A DNA stretch of 64,000 nt, taken from positions 127,968,001-128,032,000 of the forward strand of contig NC_043000.1 of assembly GCF_006345805.1 (NCBI RefSeq), in the 5' to 3' direction. The position numbers and the translations under genes are program-made. The number at the start of each line of letters is the position of its first letter. Position 1 is the first letter of the stretch. Shown here piece by piece: positions 50,329-62,243 of the stretch. The notes under the pieces are model-generated. The model was not told the origin of the DNA and did not search any database. It saw only the letters and a program-made list of their open reading frames with translations. This stretch comes from Octopus sinensis. Taxonomy: Eukaryota.

Positions 50329-52615
50329 GATGTATATGTATAGTTGTATATGTGTAGATGTATATATATATATATATATATAGATGTACATGTAATATGT
50401 ACACATATATATATATATACACATATATACATGCATACATATATACACCCATACACACACATACACACACACACATACACATGTTACATAAGTAAATACA
50501 ATTAATTTGCATGTGAATTATCTGTGTAAATATGATGTTGTGGCTCTAACCTAGAAATCTGCTGTTCTGTCTTTCAGACTTTGATTCCTCTATGACTTCT
50601 TCTTTATCAAGGCTGCTCAGTTGAGATTCCTCTTCACCATTAGGCTCATTTTCCACTTTCTTCTTATGAGCCTCTGCTACAGTTTGAGCAACATTTAAAC
50701 GTTCTGCTTCATGAAAAGCCATTTCTGCTCTCATTTCATTAGCTGCTCCGTCATAAAGAAGTCCTACAAAACAAGCAAAGAATCAAGCAAAAAAAAAACA
50801 TGTTAACAGTGGTAGGGTGGAGAGCTTGCAAAATCTTTAGTATGTCAGTCTAAACATTTGGTTGCATTTCTTCCAGCTCTTTACATTCTGAATTCAAATG
50901 CTGCCAAGATTGACTTTGTCTTTCATTCTTTCAGAGTCAATAATACATGTAACAGTTGAGTACTGGGGATTGATGTAATTGATTTACCTACTCCCCTCAA
51001 AACTGCTGGCCAAGTGCCAAAAATAAGAAAGATATTATTTAGCATATGAAAGAGCTGAGACAAATAAAACAACAGTCTAGATGGTTTATCGTTTAGTTAT
51101 TTAGGTGTTTCTTTAAATTTTCCAAGGATTGTATTTGCTTTTGATTGTTTCCTTTTTAACCATCTCCCTCTTAATATATCAAGTAAAATATCCAGTACAT
51201 TTTTCTGCTGCTTTGAATATCTCCGCTAGTATTGAATAATCATGATAATGATAAATGATTAATACTTCTGAGACTTAATTAAGGATAATAAAAAGCAGAA
51301 GAGGAAAAATATGTAGAAACACTTTGGTATAATGTTACTTCCTATTGCATATATTAAGGAGGAAACTGCAGTCTTAAAAACGTCCATACAAAAATATCCC
51401 ATACATCATCACCATGTACACACGTACACATGTACACACACACACACACACACACACAACACACACACACACAAATATACTCATCATCATTATCATCCAT
51501 TTTATGTCCATTTCCTATGTCGGCATAGGTTGGTTGGTATTTGTGTTTGCCTGCCTTCCTACTTATTAGGACTTTGGTTTTAGCTAGGTTGACTCTAAGC
51601 CCCTTCAATTCTAATCCTTGTTTCCACACCTGAAACTTCTCGAGTTCTGATAGTGACTCAGCAATTAGAGCAAGGTTGTCAGCATAGAGGAGCTCCCAGG
51701 GGCAGCCTGTCTTGAATTCCTCTGTTATTGCTTGGAGGACTAAGATAAATAGGAGGGAGCTGAGGACTGAACCTTGGTGGACCCCTACCTCTACCCGGAA
51801 TTCTTCACTGTACTCGTTGCCAACCCTCACCATACTGACAGAAAAACATAAAAACAGAGAAGAAGCACACTCTAAGAAGTAGAGTAGTCTATATTTATTA
51901 CTGGTGAAGACTGTATATAGGGTTACCCTGGGTTTCCCCCTCCGCACTTTAAAGAAGCCATAGCCCAACAAGTCTTAGAGTCTGATGATACGCCATAAAG
52001 ATATTCTTGTGTGTGTGTGTATGTGTGTTCTTTTATTCTTTAACTGGTCATAGTTATTGGAATATGACCAAACTGGGTATACCACATTCAAGGGTTTAGT
52101 CAAATATTTAGGCCACAGGGCATTTTTCATGTGGAGGAGGAAGAGAAGGCAGCAGAAGTATTTTCAAAACTGAGTAAAAGAAGAAACTTACCTAAGAGTG
52201 TCCATCCAAGAATACTTTCTGGATAAATTGCTAATGCTGCTTCAAAGAAAGTCTCACCCACCTCATAAAGATTTTTAAAGCCAGACAAAATACCAACAAG
52301 TAGCAACCTGAAACAAAATTTTAAAAGAAACACCATCTTTTAATAAAGCTTCACATCTTTTAATAAAGCTAAATTATTTCGTATAACTTTCATGTCAATT
52401 CTCTAACTAATGTTCACACAAATACAGGATCTGTTTTGTTCTGTGGTGATAGAATTACTCTAAGAGGATTGTATCATCAGAACATTTACTACCACACAAG
52501 TCTAGAAGAACTTGACTTCAATGATTTCAACACATTTAAGTAATGTAATGCATAAATTAATCAAATTTGTTGTTACTTACAGATGATTAAAAAATCCTTT
52601 TAGCATAACCTTCCA

Positions 52616-52664
<49 letters not shown>

Positions 52665-55600
52665 CACACACACAAACACACACACATACATACATACATA
52701 CATACATACATACATACATACATACATACATACATACATACATACATACATACACACACACATGCCTGCACTACTTAAGACCTACTTTATAGTCCATAAA
52801 TAATAACCAGTAAGTTTTAGGCTGTTGAATCATTAAAGAAGAAATAAATTAGCTAATCAATAAGTGTTTACATACCCATCATGATTCTGTTGGTCAATAG
52901 CAATACATTCTCTGGCACATTGCTCTGCCTTATAATCAAAAGAAATTAGATCTATTAATTTATCAGATAGAAATTATTCTGACACAAGTTCAAAATCTTA
53001 TGAAAGAAAAAATATTCAGCAATCTAGAGATCTAGAGATGGGTGGCCAACACTGGATTGAAAAAAGAATGGATGTCACATTACACATTAAGATTAGGTAA
53101 GATGTGATAAATTTTTTCCAGTTTCTAGCTAATATTACAAAATATTTTAACTATTTATCTCTTTAAGAAAATGAAGATTCTTACAAGCATAAGAATATTG
53201 AATCACATTATTGTTAACTACCATGAGGTTTCATCCTCATCACTACTATTTTATCTCTCTTTCTAGCTCTGTCTTATCATTCCCACTCTCTCTCTGTCCC
53301 CCTCTCTCTCTCTCTCTCTCTTCTATAATGCAAGTAACCATATAGCACCTCTACAGCAAGAAACCTATTCTCTTTCTGGCCCTTTCTCTCATACTTTAAC
53401 CACTGGCCTCATCATCATCATCATCATCATCATCATCGTTTAGCGTCCGTTTTCCATGCTAGCATGGGTTGGACGGTTCTACTGGGGTCTGTGAAGCCAG
53501 AAGGCTTCATCAGGCCCAGTCAAATCTGGCAGTGTTTCTACAGCTGGATGCCCTTCCTAACGCCAACCACTCCGTGAGTGTAGTGGGTGCTTTTTACGTG
53601 CCACCCGCACAGGTGTCAGACAGAGCTGGCAAACGGCCACGAACGGATGGTGCTTTTTATGTGCCACCGGCATGAGGGCCAGGCCAGGCTGGCAACGGAC
53701 ACGAAACGGGGCGGTGCTGGCAACGGTCGCGAAACGGAAGGTTCTCTTACATGCCACCGGCACTGGTAACACATCTGCAATTTCCATTGATCGATTTCCA
53801 TTGATCGATTTCGATTCTGATCCTCACTTGCCTCAACGGGTCTTCACAAGTAGAGTTTCGACATGCCACCAGCACTGGTAACACATCTGCAATTTCCATT
53901 GATTGATTCTGATCCTCCTAGCAGAAAATCACATACTGCTCTTCAATAGCTCCTCTTATTTGAAAGGGATCTCAGTCTTGCAAGCTGCTTGGTGATCTCA
54001 CTAATGCTGGTGCCATGTAAAAAAATATCCAGTACATGCTGCAAAAGGATTGGTGTTAGGAAAGGCGTCCAACCAAAGAAATCATGTCAAAGCAGATACT
54101 GGAGCATAATGTAGTCTTTGATCCTGTTTGATTCTGTCAAACCAATATTCCTAAGTCAGCATGGCACACATAGACGTCAAATGACGACTATAACAATAGT
54201 ATAGTTCGATAGTCTAATTGATGATTGGAGGCCCAATAAAAATTTCATCTTCAAATCAAGATAGCATACATTAGAATGGCTTATCATTGACTTCTCCTGA
54301 CTCATGGAAAGATTTAAAATTAGCAATGGAAACTGAAGACAAAATTATATGTGAACAACTTTGATACCAACAGCAGCAATAAACCATACCTTCTCTTGGA
54401 ATCTATGTACGGCTACACAAACTGAGTCAAAATCAAATATACTTGACATGAACACAAGGGAGTAACAACAACCTTTCTTCACTAAGTTCACAATTCATTT
54501 TCATTATATCTTATGTCCATATCATTCCTCTCTCTCTCTCTTTTCTTCCTGACTCTACTCCCAAAGAAGTATATCAGCAAAAAAAAAAAAATTCCAGAAT
54601 TTAAAAGAACGGAGGGAATTTAGTTGCCAACCCAATATAATACCGTTAACAATTTACATGAACTATAAATCTCATCCCATAATGGATAAAATAACAACAG
54701 TGGGAAATTATTCAAATATTTCATCTGTAAAAGTTACAATGTAAATTAAAAACTATTAAAGACAAGCAAAGAAATCTTAGAAGTAAATTTCCAAATGTTA
54801 CACAAAACAACCAAGAAAATATTTAAGAGCCATCTACACATCATGTTTAATGTATATAGTCGATAGGCCACTTGCTGTGATATCTGTTTGGAGATAACAA
54901 CTCTTATGGACATACTGTTTATCTCAGAACAAATAGTGCAGTTGCTGGCCTATCAATAGGGAGTATACATTGAGTATGGTTGCTAGATGGCTATTTTAAT
55001 TTAATACCGCCCAAATCAATTTTTGCCAGAGAGAAAATATTATTTTAAGAAGTTTCTCTCTCACTTTCCTTTTACCATGAGAATCTGTCCAAGAATTAAA
55101 GTTATTTTCAGTGTCACTACTTCTTAATTCGAGTAGTAATACTGTCAAAAAAAAAAAAAGAAAGAAAGAAAGAAAAAAGGAAGAAATTCACAACCTCAGT
55201 ATTAATAGCATCGATACCAATGACGACAACAGTATTATTATTGGAAATAAATAAATCCAATTGGGCTTCATATTATATAAATGAATTATAATATTTAATT
55301 ACATTGACAAAGGCTGTCCAAAAAGAAACCAAACTTTTAAAATAGTATGGTAACTTGCCAGTGAGTGTATTTGGCTATAGTACTGTGTATTTTTTCTATT
55401 TCACTAGCCATGAATAAAATTAAAATATAAAAGGTTGCATAAAAAATGGTATGATTCACTATTCGCAAAGAAGAGAATAACAAGTTCTAAGGAATGGAAT
55501 GAAGTAGTTCATTATTGAGAATGTACTATTCAGACTAGTGAGGCAGTCAAGAAGGATTATAGTGAAAAACAATCATCCTTTTCATTGACAGCCTGTAAGA

Positions 55601-58600
55601 GGAGCACTTTATGCAAAGTCATTTTTTCATTTCATTTACAAATTCTAAAATATGTTTTTAATGCTACTAAAAATGGTATAGTCAAACTTGACTTTCAGTC
55701 TAATATTAATCATGTCATAGCATGCCAGCTGTCAGTCTCTAAGTACTAGATGTATTGTTTAATACACTCGGTGATTCAAACAATGAAGGATTTGGAGGAG
55801 CAACCTGTTTGTGTAAAATACTCTTTCAAATTGAGGAAAACTTTTACAGAGACTTTTCTAATGTTATAATTATAGGGAGAACAACATTATGTGTTCTTTT
55901 AGAAGGAAGATTACTTGAGTCATTTATACATCACAAGTAGTACCAGCTTTTCAAATCAGAAAGAACATCTACTAAAGATGATCCCAATTTAAAAGGACCT
56001 TCCACAATAATTGTCAATCACATTTGGAAAATGCATACTGTGATCCATGAAGATCATCACTCGTCTGTCTGTGGAATTTCTATGAACTTCTCTAAAAGTC
56101 TGTTACTTATGATTTTTTTGAGAAGAAGAAAAAAAAGAATTGTTACTAGTTTGTTGAGAAAATCTCTATAGGAAACAAAAGCAGTCTCTATACTGAGAAG
56201 TAATGTTTATTGCCACCTAAATATGGGTGTTCTCTAAGAACAGACAATCCTGCTATTTTAACCTCGGGAGGATGCTTCTCCCAGCTGGTTATTCAGTGCA
56301 CTCCGCACTCGATATATACTGCAAGTGGAGAAATGACTCCCTACTATTCCAGCTATTGAGACTACCAGGCTGTGCGGTTTCAACCTTATCGTGGTCATCC
56401 TCAGTGATGGACACCGGTCTGCTTGACAAAGCAGTTGTTCACCCCAGCTTGCAATATATAGAAAATAAGTGACACACAGTCACAGATCTTGCAACAAGTA
56501 AAGTAGCTTGTTAAGAAAATCTCTATAAGAGATAAAAGTAGTATATATAGTGAGAAGTAATGTTTATCACCACCTAAACATGGGTGTTCTCTAAAATGAA
56601 TTGTGTTGCTGCAAAATTTGTTTAACTGCTGAAAAATGATGAGAAAGAAAACTGATTTACAGTCAGTTAGGAGCTATTTGGTTGTTTGAATGCTGATAAT
56701 AATTTTCTGATAAATGTTGTAACATCATCATCATCATCATTGTTGTTTAACGTCTGCTTTCCATGCTAGCATGGGTTGAATGATTTGACTGAGGTCTGGC
56801 GAACCAGATGGCTGCACCAGACTCCAATCTGATCTGGCAGAAGTTCTACAGCTAGATGCCCTTCCTAACGCCAACCACTCCGAGAGTGTAGTGGGTGCTT
56901 TTACGTGCCACCGGCACGAGGGCCAGTCAGGTGGTACTGGCAACGGTCATGCTCAAATGGTGTATTTCTATGTGCCACCTGCACAGGAGCCAGTCCGGCG
57001 GCACTGGCAACGACCTCGCTTGAGTGTTTTTTCACTTTCCACCAGCACAAGTGCCAGTAAGGCAATGCAGGTAACAATCATGCTCGAATGGTATTTTTTT
57101 ACGTGCCATCAGCACAGAGGCCAGCTTGTTGCTCTGGCAATGATCTCACTCGTATGGTACTCTTAGTCATCGAATTTGATTTCGATTTCAGATATGGAAA
57201 GATATTCCAGGACATTTCCAAAAATAATAAAACCTGGAGGAGCAGTGGATTAAGAAATGAGAGAACTATTTTGAAGGAGGCAAGTCTGATTAAATTGTAA
57301 TTGTCTTTTTTAAAATGTTGGTTTCTTTTTGGACTAACTTCATATATTTGTTAATCCTACCTTGTCATAATCCATGCAGCCCAAGCAGAATACTGCATAA
57401 TCTATCCAATGCTGTGGATAATTTCTGTCTTTGATTATACGCTGAAAATATAAATTTCAAATATTATTTCCTTCTTACAAAGATGCATAATTGACAAATA
57501 AATACAGCACAGCAGAGAGATAAATAAATACACAAGATGGCCAGCTGAATGGATAAAGAGAGATAAAGACATGAATATAGAAATAACAAAAGAACAATAG
57601 TTCAAACTAACAAAAAGAAATATTGGATCAAAAAATAACAATAAAATAATGTAAATAATTATTGGACCTATTGATTGTAGAAAGATTGGATATTAACTTA
57701 GGCCTTATAAGAGTTACATTAGTTAGACTAGATAAAATAACACATACCTCTTCATGATATTGAGAAGCTAAGGTCATATTTCCATTCATTTCTGCCTCTT
57801 CTGCAAACTGTTTTAGCTGAATTGTATCTGCCAATGGTTCAGGGACAGAAGGTTGATCTTGTATATTAAGGAATTTATTGAGGGCTATATTCATCTCGTC
57901 CACAAGGAAGATGTACAATTCACTGAGAAACTCCTTGAAAAAAATGTTATATTACCTTTATAATATATCAAATACAAAAACAAACATTTTGAGGTAAAAC
58001 AGTCAACTTTACTAGACATCTATATCCAATGAGGAACTACTAGCGTAGTTAGGAGTGGGGAGCAATATGAGTGGTCCACCCCAGGCAGCACTTATAAAGG
58101 AGCACCACTGTTGGGTTTGCTGTAGGCAATATGTGCATTTTGTGGGGTCTGGGGGTGGCAAAACAGCAGGGCCACCAAGGGCGGCACACACTCTAGATAT
58201 GCTAGAGTGAGGAACATAGAGAATATTCATAATCTCTTTTTTTCTCTCTTTCCAGCTGGGGAAGCCATGTATCATCTCTTCAGCAAAACACCTGCTCCTA
58301 TCTCTCAATCATATTTTAACCTCTCAACAACTGACATAAAGCCACCACCCTTAAAACTACACTCTCATTTAGTTAAAGGGTTTTTATCTTGTGAGTTACT
58401 TGTTGATTTCCCTAGTGCCTGTGCCATGAAAAAAGCATCTGGTACACCTTGTAAAATGGTGTTAGGAAGGGCATCCAGCCATAGAAACCATGCCAAAGCA
58501 GATATTGGAGCTCAGAGCAATCCTTTGCCTCATCAGTTCCTGTTGGACCATCCAAGATGTGGCAGCATGGAAAATATAGCATGGATATTAAATAATGATG

Positions 58601-60716
58601 ATTATATTATAACATGTAACATTTATAACATTTTATATTATTTACATAATGCTCAATGGAAATGTACCAATTACCAAAATAAACAATAAAAGTGTGACTT
58701 GGAGATAAGTAAATAGAAATTCCCTCATCTATCTATTTTCATTGCTCACTATTCAAATGCATATCATGGAAGTAAAGTCCTTAGGCACCTCCTCTATAGG
58801 CCACTATCAGAAGCCACTGTCATTACACTTTCCTGCTGGATTTCCAAGACTGACCAACTGAGACTAAGGATATATTCCAATAACCCCACTCTTGGACTAT
58901 CCCTAGATCTGCCAGTTGGCTTGGCTTGAAGAACCTGTCTTTTGATCCTTTCCTGCAACATTCTAATCACATGTCTACAGAACAGTAACTGTGACATTTC
59001 AACGATCTTGTATAATGGTTAATCCTTTTATAAACACTCTGAATGTTGATACTAAATTTATTAAGCTTACCTGACCATTATACTTCTGACACATCCTCAG
59101 GAGTTTTATACTGATTTTTGACATAATTAAACTGGAATATGGAATATAAAAGTATCCTACTGGGAGACAAGGAATTACCTCCAATAGATTTGAATTCTTA
59201 GCCAATCCAATGCTTATTCAATGAACCATTTTGCTTCCACCTTATTAAGGTATATTTTTTCTTTTACTTGTTTCAGTATTTCAACTATGGCCATGCTGGA
59301 GCACTGTCTTGAAGAGTTTAGTTGAACAAATCAACCCTACTACTTATTTTAAAGTCTAGAACATGTTCTATCAGTTTCTTTTGCCCAACCACTAAGATAC
59401 AGGAGATGTAAACAAACTAACACCAGTTGTCAAGCAGTGGTGGGGGACAAACACAAATACAAAGATACATGCAGATACACACATAGGCGTAGGAGTGGCT
59501 GTGTGGTAAGTAGCTTGCTTACAAACCACATGGTTCCGGGTTCAGTCCCACTGCGTGGCACCTAGGGAAAGTGTCTTCTACTATGGCCTCAGGCCAACCA
59601 AAGCCTTGTGAGAGAATTTGGTAGACAGAAACTGAAAGAAGCCTGTCATACATATGTATATGTATATATATGTGTATATGTTTGTGTGTCTGTGTTTGTC
59701 CCCTCAACATCGCCTGACAACCGATACTGGTGTGTTTACATCCCCGTAACTTAGCAGTTTGGCAAAAGAACTGATAGAATAAGTACTAGGCTTACAAAGA
59801 ATAAGTCCAGGGGTCAATTTGTTCTACTAAAGGCAGTGCTCCAGCATGGCCACAGTCAAATGACTGAAACAAGTAAAAGAGTAAAGAGTAAAGAGAGAGT
59901 ACATGTATGCACACAATCAAATGCACCTCACACACACACACACACACACACATAAAAGGGTCCTCCACAATTTCCATCAACCAAATTCACCCACAAGAAA
60001 TTGGTTGATCTGGGGCAATAGTATAAGTCCTTTGCTCAAGGTGCCACAGAGTGGGACTGAACCTGAAATCATATGGTCTCAAAGTGATCTTCTTAACCAC
60101 TCAATCATTTTCTTTTGTTAATCATTAGAAATATTTAATCTTCAGAAGCATTTAATGAAAATAACTTGCAAATATTTCAAACTAAATTTTAATTATTTTC
60201 TTTCCTTTGTCCTGGTAAATCAGTTTTACCCCTACTTCTACCATTTTAGTTTTCTGTTAGATTTGTCTCTTTCCATCCTGCTACCATTCATACAATGTCT
60301 AGCTTCATGAGCCTAATACCAACCACTTTAGAGACTTATAAATTTCTGGAGCTCCTTCATTCATGCTTTCATATTCCCTCAAAGTTTTAATGACAATTGA
60401 AACTAAGCATTAATCAAATCATGTTATGAGAATGGTGATAAATAAGATAAATAATCCATTTTGTTACCATTAGGCACTATTGACTAAACATATGGAAGTA
60501 TTTGAGCTTAATGTTGCCAACTAACAAAGCACTTGTTTATTACACAATTAATTACAGGTGCAGGTTGGCTATGTTGTTGGGAAGCTTGTTTACTGACCAT
60601 CTGGTCTTGGGATCAGTTCCACACTGTGCTACACCTTAGGCATGTGTCTTCTGCTATAGCCCCAGGATGACCAAAGCCTTGTGAGTGGATTTAGTAGATA
60701 GAAACTGGAAGAAATT

Positions 60717-60752
<36 letters not shown>

Positions 60753-61424
60753 TGTGTTTGTGTGCATGCATGCGTGTATGTGTGTGTATATTCTAGACAT
60801 CATATGATGTTTTTAAGTGAGCATCCTTGTCATCCAAACAATGTCGTTCATTTCTAGTTTTCCATGAAAAACATGGACCATGGGAAAATATTACCTTGCT
60901 CAGAAACAGGTGAGGGTTGGCAAAAAAAAGGGTATCTGGCTGTAGAAGATCTGCCTCAACAAATTCTATTTGACCCAAGTGAATATGGAAAGTGGTGGTG
61001 GTGACAGTGATGCTGGCAGCGACGATGACGACGGCAGGCAATGATGATGATACTTCATAATAACAATAGTGAATGTACCCCAACATACTATTTATTTACG
61101 GCAAAGAGAACTGGTCTGGAAAGAGTTTAGCATCTTAGAAAATTACAGGAACAATGGAAGAACATTGTCAATCGCTCAGTCGTTAGAAAGGAACTCTATT
61201 GATTTCTGTCAATTAAATCAATACTCTAAGCATAATGTAAAAAAAAAAAATAATAAAAAGTTAAAATAATTCTGTGCTATTGTACCTGTAATTTCTCTTT
61301 ATCATCAAAATCACTTGTCTTGAGATACTTCTCCCGGACAATTTTAACAACAGCATGTTTCAGACGCTCTTTATAGGTGAAGTATTTACCAGAAGTGTTC
61401 AAGTGAAATAACAATTTCTGTTTC
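35836..61424 (-). CDS. CFAP70: Cilia- and flagella-associated protein 70 (TTC18), 3' part, 12 exons, about 534 aa of TPR-rich C-terminus; 5' exons lie beyond the window
   Basis: Manual join on minus: 61424-61286, 57933-57748, 57441-57361, 52928-52876, 52307-52192, 50763-50551, 48217-48072, 45180-45028, 43355-43194, 40288-40199, 39675-39526, 35952-35836. All introns are GT-AG and the frame is continuous. Motifs match recalled CFAP70: [71 protein letters not shown]. Confidence 0.92.
37765..38130 (-). mobile_element. Tandem SINE dimer with 16-bp TSD, nested in an older SINE
   Basis: Two copies of the ...GCCTTTCATCCTTTCGGGG...ATAAATTAAGTACCAG unit. ATAAGTACTCAGCTTT occurs at 37749-64 and 38131-46. 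Confidence 0.85.
38555..38777 (-). mobile_element. SINE monomer of the same family with 18-bp TSD
   Basis: TTGTACTCACAAGTTTCT occurs at 38537-54 and 38778-95. Confidence 0.85.
38840..39055. mobile_element. pogo/Tigger-like MITE (TA TSD)
   Basis: TA|CAGTAATCCCTCG ... CGAGGAATTACTG|TA. Confidence 0.8.
39526..39675 (-). CDS. CFAP70: CFAP70 exon: [15 protein letters not shown]...FKYSIK
   Basis: ttcctAG acceptor and GTAAGT donor; 150 nt. Confidence 0.9.
40199..40288 (-). CDS. CFAP70: CFAP70 exon: [30 protein letters not shown]
   Basis: aaattAG acceptor and GTGAGT donor; 90 nt. Confidence 0.9.
40532..40700 (+). mobile_element. tRNA-headed SINE (Pol III A and B boxes), not a functional tRNA
   Basis: A box TGGATCAGTGG at 40538-48 and B box GTTCGAATCC at 40583-92. 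No acceptor stem closure. The body recurs in reverse at about 46760-46860. Confidence 0.7.
40790..42700 (+). mobile_element. Scrambled, decayed Jockey/CR1-like LINE ORF2 fragments
   Basis: Endonuclease-like DFKVHNSTW...[11 protein letters not shown] at 40790-41060. RT C-terminal YCSHI*D...[20 protein letters not shown] at 41690-42010. RT N-terminal [13 protein letters not shown] / LLNDHQY...RSTG...KTFD at 42100-42530. A reverse piece at 42540-42700. Confidence 0.7.
43194..43355 (-). CDS. CFAP70: CFAP70 exon: [14 protein letters not shown]...YLQDKK
   Basis: tttttGAG acceptor (rare G before AG) and GTAATG donor; 162 nt. Confidence 0.87.
43405..43970 (+). mobile_element. Two tandem Helitron-like 5' segments (43405-43744, 43745-43970)
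   Basis: Both start A|TCTATATATATA...GAGAATGTGTGT(C/T)TGTCTGT and share about 220 nt. No CTAG 3' end found. A related segment lies at 49385-49480. Confidence 0.6.
44533..44794. mobile_element. hAT (Charlie-like) MITE, 8-bp TSD
   Basis: CAGTGCTTCTCAAACT / ACTTTGAGTAGCATTG ends. Exact TSD GTCTAAGT at 44525-32 and 44795-802. Confidence 0.88.
45028..45180 (-). CDS. CFAP70: CFAP70 exon: [11 protein letters not shown]...LLISQE
   Basis: ctcctAG acceptor and GTGAGT donor; 153 nt. Confidence 0.9.
45320..45814. mobile_element. hAT (Charlie-like) non-autonomous element, 8-bp TSD
   Basis: CAGGAGTCACCAAA / TTTGGTGACCCCTG ends. Exact TSD ATCTAAAT at 45312-19 and 45815-22. Confidence 0.9.
46391..46607. 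mobile_element. MITE-like foldback, 59-bp inverted arms
   Basis: 46391-46449 matches the reverse complement of 46549-46607 at about 56/59 positions. Confidence 0.85.
47620..47850 (+). mobile_element. RTE LINE C-terminal fragment
   Basis: [19 protein letters not shown] motif. Confidence 0.65.
48072..48217 (-). CDS. CFAP70: CFAP70 exon: IRPDIRVK...[17 protein letters not shown]
   Basis: tttctttAG acceptor and GTAATT donor; 146 nt. Confidence 0.85.
49139..49373. mobile_element. MITE-like element with about 62-bp TIRs
   Basis: TGGAGTAAAGATTGCCAA...GGCAGTCCTGGTTTAGGAC is inverted at 49309-49373. Confidence 0.82.
49558..50256 (+). mobile_element. Head-to-tail dimer of a complete non-autonomous Helitron (49558-49953, 49956-50256)
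   Basis: Each unit runs A|TC...GC-rich hairpin CCCGAGCAACGCC(G/A)GG...CTAG|T. Unit 1 carries an internal duplication of about 100 bp. Confidence 0.88.
50551..50763 (-). CDS. CFAP70: CFAP70 exon: [19 protein letters not shown]...SRFL
   Basis: ttgtAG acceptor and GTTAGA donor; 213 nt. Confidence 0.88.
51575..51960 (-). mobile_element. RTE LINE reverse-transcriptase fragment
   Basis: [45 protein letters not shown]...[12 protein letters not shown]. Same family as 1-500. Confidence 0.9.
52192..52307 (-). CDS. CFAP70: CFAP70 exon: [10 protein letters not shown]...GWTLL
   Basis: gtttcAG acceptor and GTAAGT donor; 116 nt. Confidence 0.9.
52616..52762. repeat. Compound microsatellite (TA)n-(CA)n-(TACA)n
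   Basis: Read directly. Other long AT/CA tracts at 46319-46383, 50256-50480, 60720-60790, and (AAT)n at 62540-62590. Confidence 0.95.
52876..52928 (-). CDS. CFAP70: CFAP70 exon: [18 protein letters not shown]
   Basis: attataAG acceptor and GTATGT donor; 53 nt; phase fits both neighbours. Confidence 0.85.
55783..56100 (+). pseudogene. Mariner transposase 5' remnant
   Basis: [28 protein letters not shown]...[22 protein letters not shown]...VIHEDHH. Confidence 0.8.
56725..57170 (-). mobile_element. RTE-tail element with four or more copies of an approximately 65-bp subrepeat
   Basis: GGTGCTTTT-ACGTGCCACC-GCAC-like units start at 56894, 56959, 57023, 57090 and 57156. Confidence 0.8.
57361..57441 (-). 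CDS. CFAP70: CFAP70 exon: [27 protein letters not shown]
   Basis: attttcAG acceptor and GTAGGA donor; 81 nt. Confidence 0.88.
57748..57933 (-). CDS. CFAP70: CFAP70 exon: EFLSELY...ASQYHEE
   Basis: ttttcaAG acceptor and GTATGT donor; 186 nt. Confidence 0.9.
58780..59215 (-). mobile_element. Decayed RTE LINE C-terminal fragment
   Basis: [52 protein letters not shown], resembling QLRWFGHVxRM...RQVL..PTGKRPRGRPR. Confidence 0.7.
59261..59895. mobile_element. Antisense SINE 3' half (59261-59480) abutting a full sense SINE (59486-59895)
   Basis: The two 3' halves are inverted copies of one another. Confidence 0.8.
61286..61424 (-). CDS. CFAP70: CFAP70 exon (first visible): [15 protein letters not shown]...DKEKLQ
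   Basis: attctAG acceptor and GTACAA donor; 139 nt. Confidence 0.9.
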
Positions 61425-61704
61425 CTAGAATCAATAAAAATGTATGATTTAGACTGGATAAAACTCGATAACTACAAAAAAGTAAAAGTGCTTAATTTAA
61501 ACTTTAGCTAAATGTTTACTTAAATGGGATGCGCAACAGCTGTATGACAAAACGTAAGTTACTTTAGTTTCAAATTTTAAATTGTAACTTCATGTTAACA
61601 ACTTCATTTCTATATCCTCTAAAATGATGAACTTAAGAAGGCCAGGTACTGTAAATCACTGTTAACAACTTTATATATAAAATATTAAAATATACACCAG
61701 ATGT

Positions 61705-62110
61705 GCAGGAGTGGCTGTGTGGTAAATAGCTTGTTTACCAACCACATGGTTCCGGGTTCAGTCCCACTGCGTGGCACCTTGGGCAAGTGTCTTCTACTAT
61801 AGCCTCGGGCGGACCAAAGCCTTGTGAGTGGATTTGGTAGACGGAAACTGAAAGAAGCCCGTCGTATATATGTGTATATATATATATGTGCGTGTGTGTG
61901 TTTGTGTGTCTGTGTTTGTCCACCTAGCATTGCTTGACAACCGATGCTGGTGTGTTTATGTCCCCGTTACTTTGCGGTTCGGCAAAAGAGACCGATAGAA
62001 TAAGTACTGGGCTTACAGAAGGATAAGTCCCGGGGTCGAGTTGCTCGATTAAAGGCGATGCTCCAGCATGGCTGCAGTCAAATGACTGAAACAAGTAAAA
62101 GAGTAAAAGA
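61705..62110 (+). mobile_element. Full-length, well-preserved octopus-type tRNA-derived SINE
   Basis: tRNA-like head (GGAGTGGCTGTGTGGTAA...GGTTCAGTCCCA), (TA/TG)n middle and GTAAAAGA repeat tail. Retains CpGs. Confidence 0.88.
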
Positions 62111-62243
62111 AAGTATGTGCTTCAGTAAAATATGTAATATTACTAGCTTTTTTTATGCTTGTATATTGTTACTATGGTTTGTAGGATTTAGCCAAGACTG
62201 TTAATATCTCTAACTTGCAATGATATGTTCTATTGTTGTTCTA

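Noticed and set aside
50122-50512. Tyr/Ile/Val/Cys-rich ORFs (also 52577-52771, 44303-44559, 25136-25531)
   Set aside because: Translation artefacts of (TA)n, (CA)n and (TACA)n microsatellites.
52334-52370. 17-nt tandem duplication (period 20) near a CFAP70 branch-point region
   Set aside because: Small slippage duplications are common and no functional consequence can be inferred.
54389-54480. Candidate CFAP70 exon ending in AAG|GTATGG
   Set aside because: The exon at 57361-57441 already fills that position with a far better protein match.
56890-57170. CRISPR-like look: conserved approximately 25-nt motif with approximately 40-nt spacers (also at 10250-10400 and 53585-53760)
   Set aside because: The spacers are homologous to each other (GCCAG...GGCAAC...GCTCGAAT). 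This is a 65-bp tandem subrepeat inside a retroelement tail, in a eukaryote with no cas genes.
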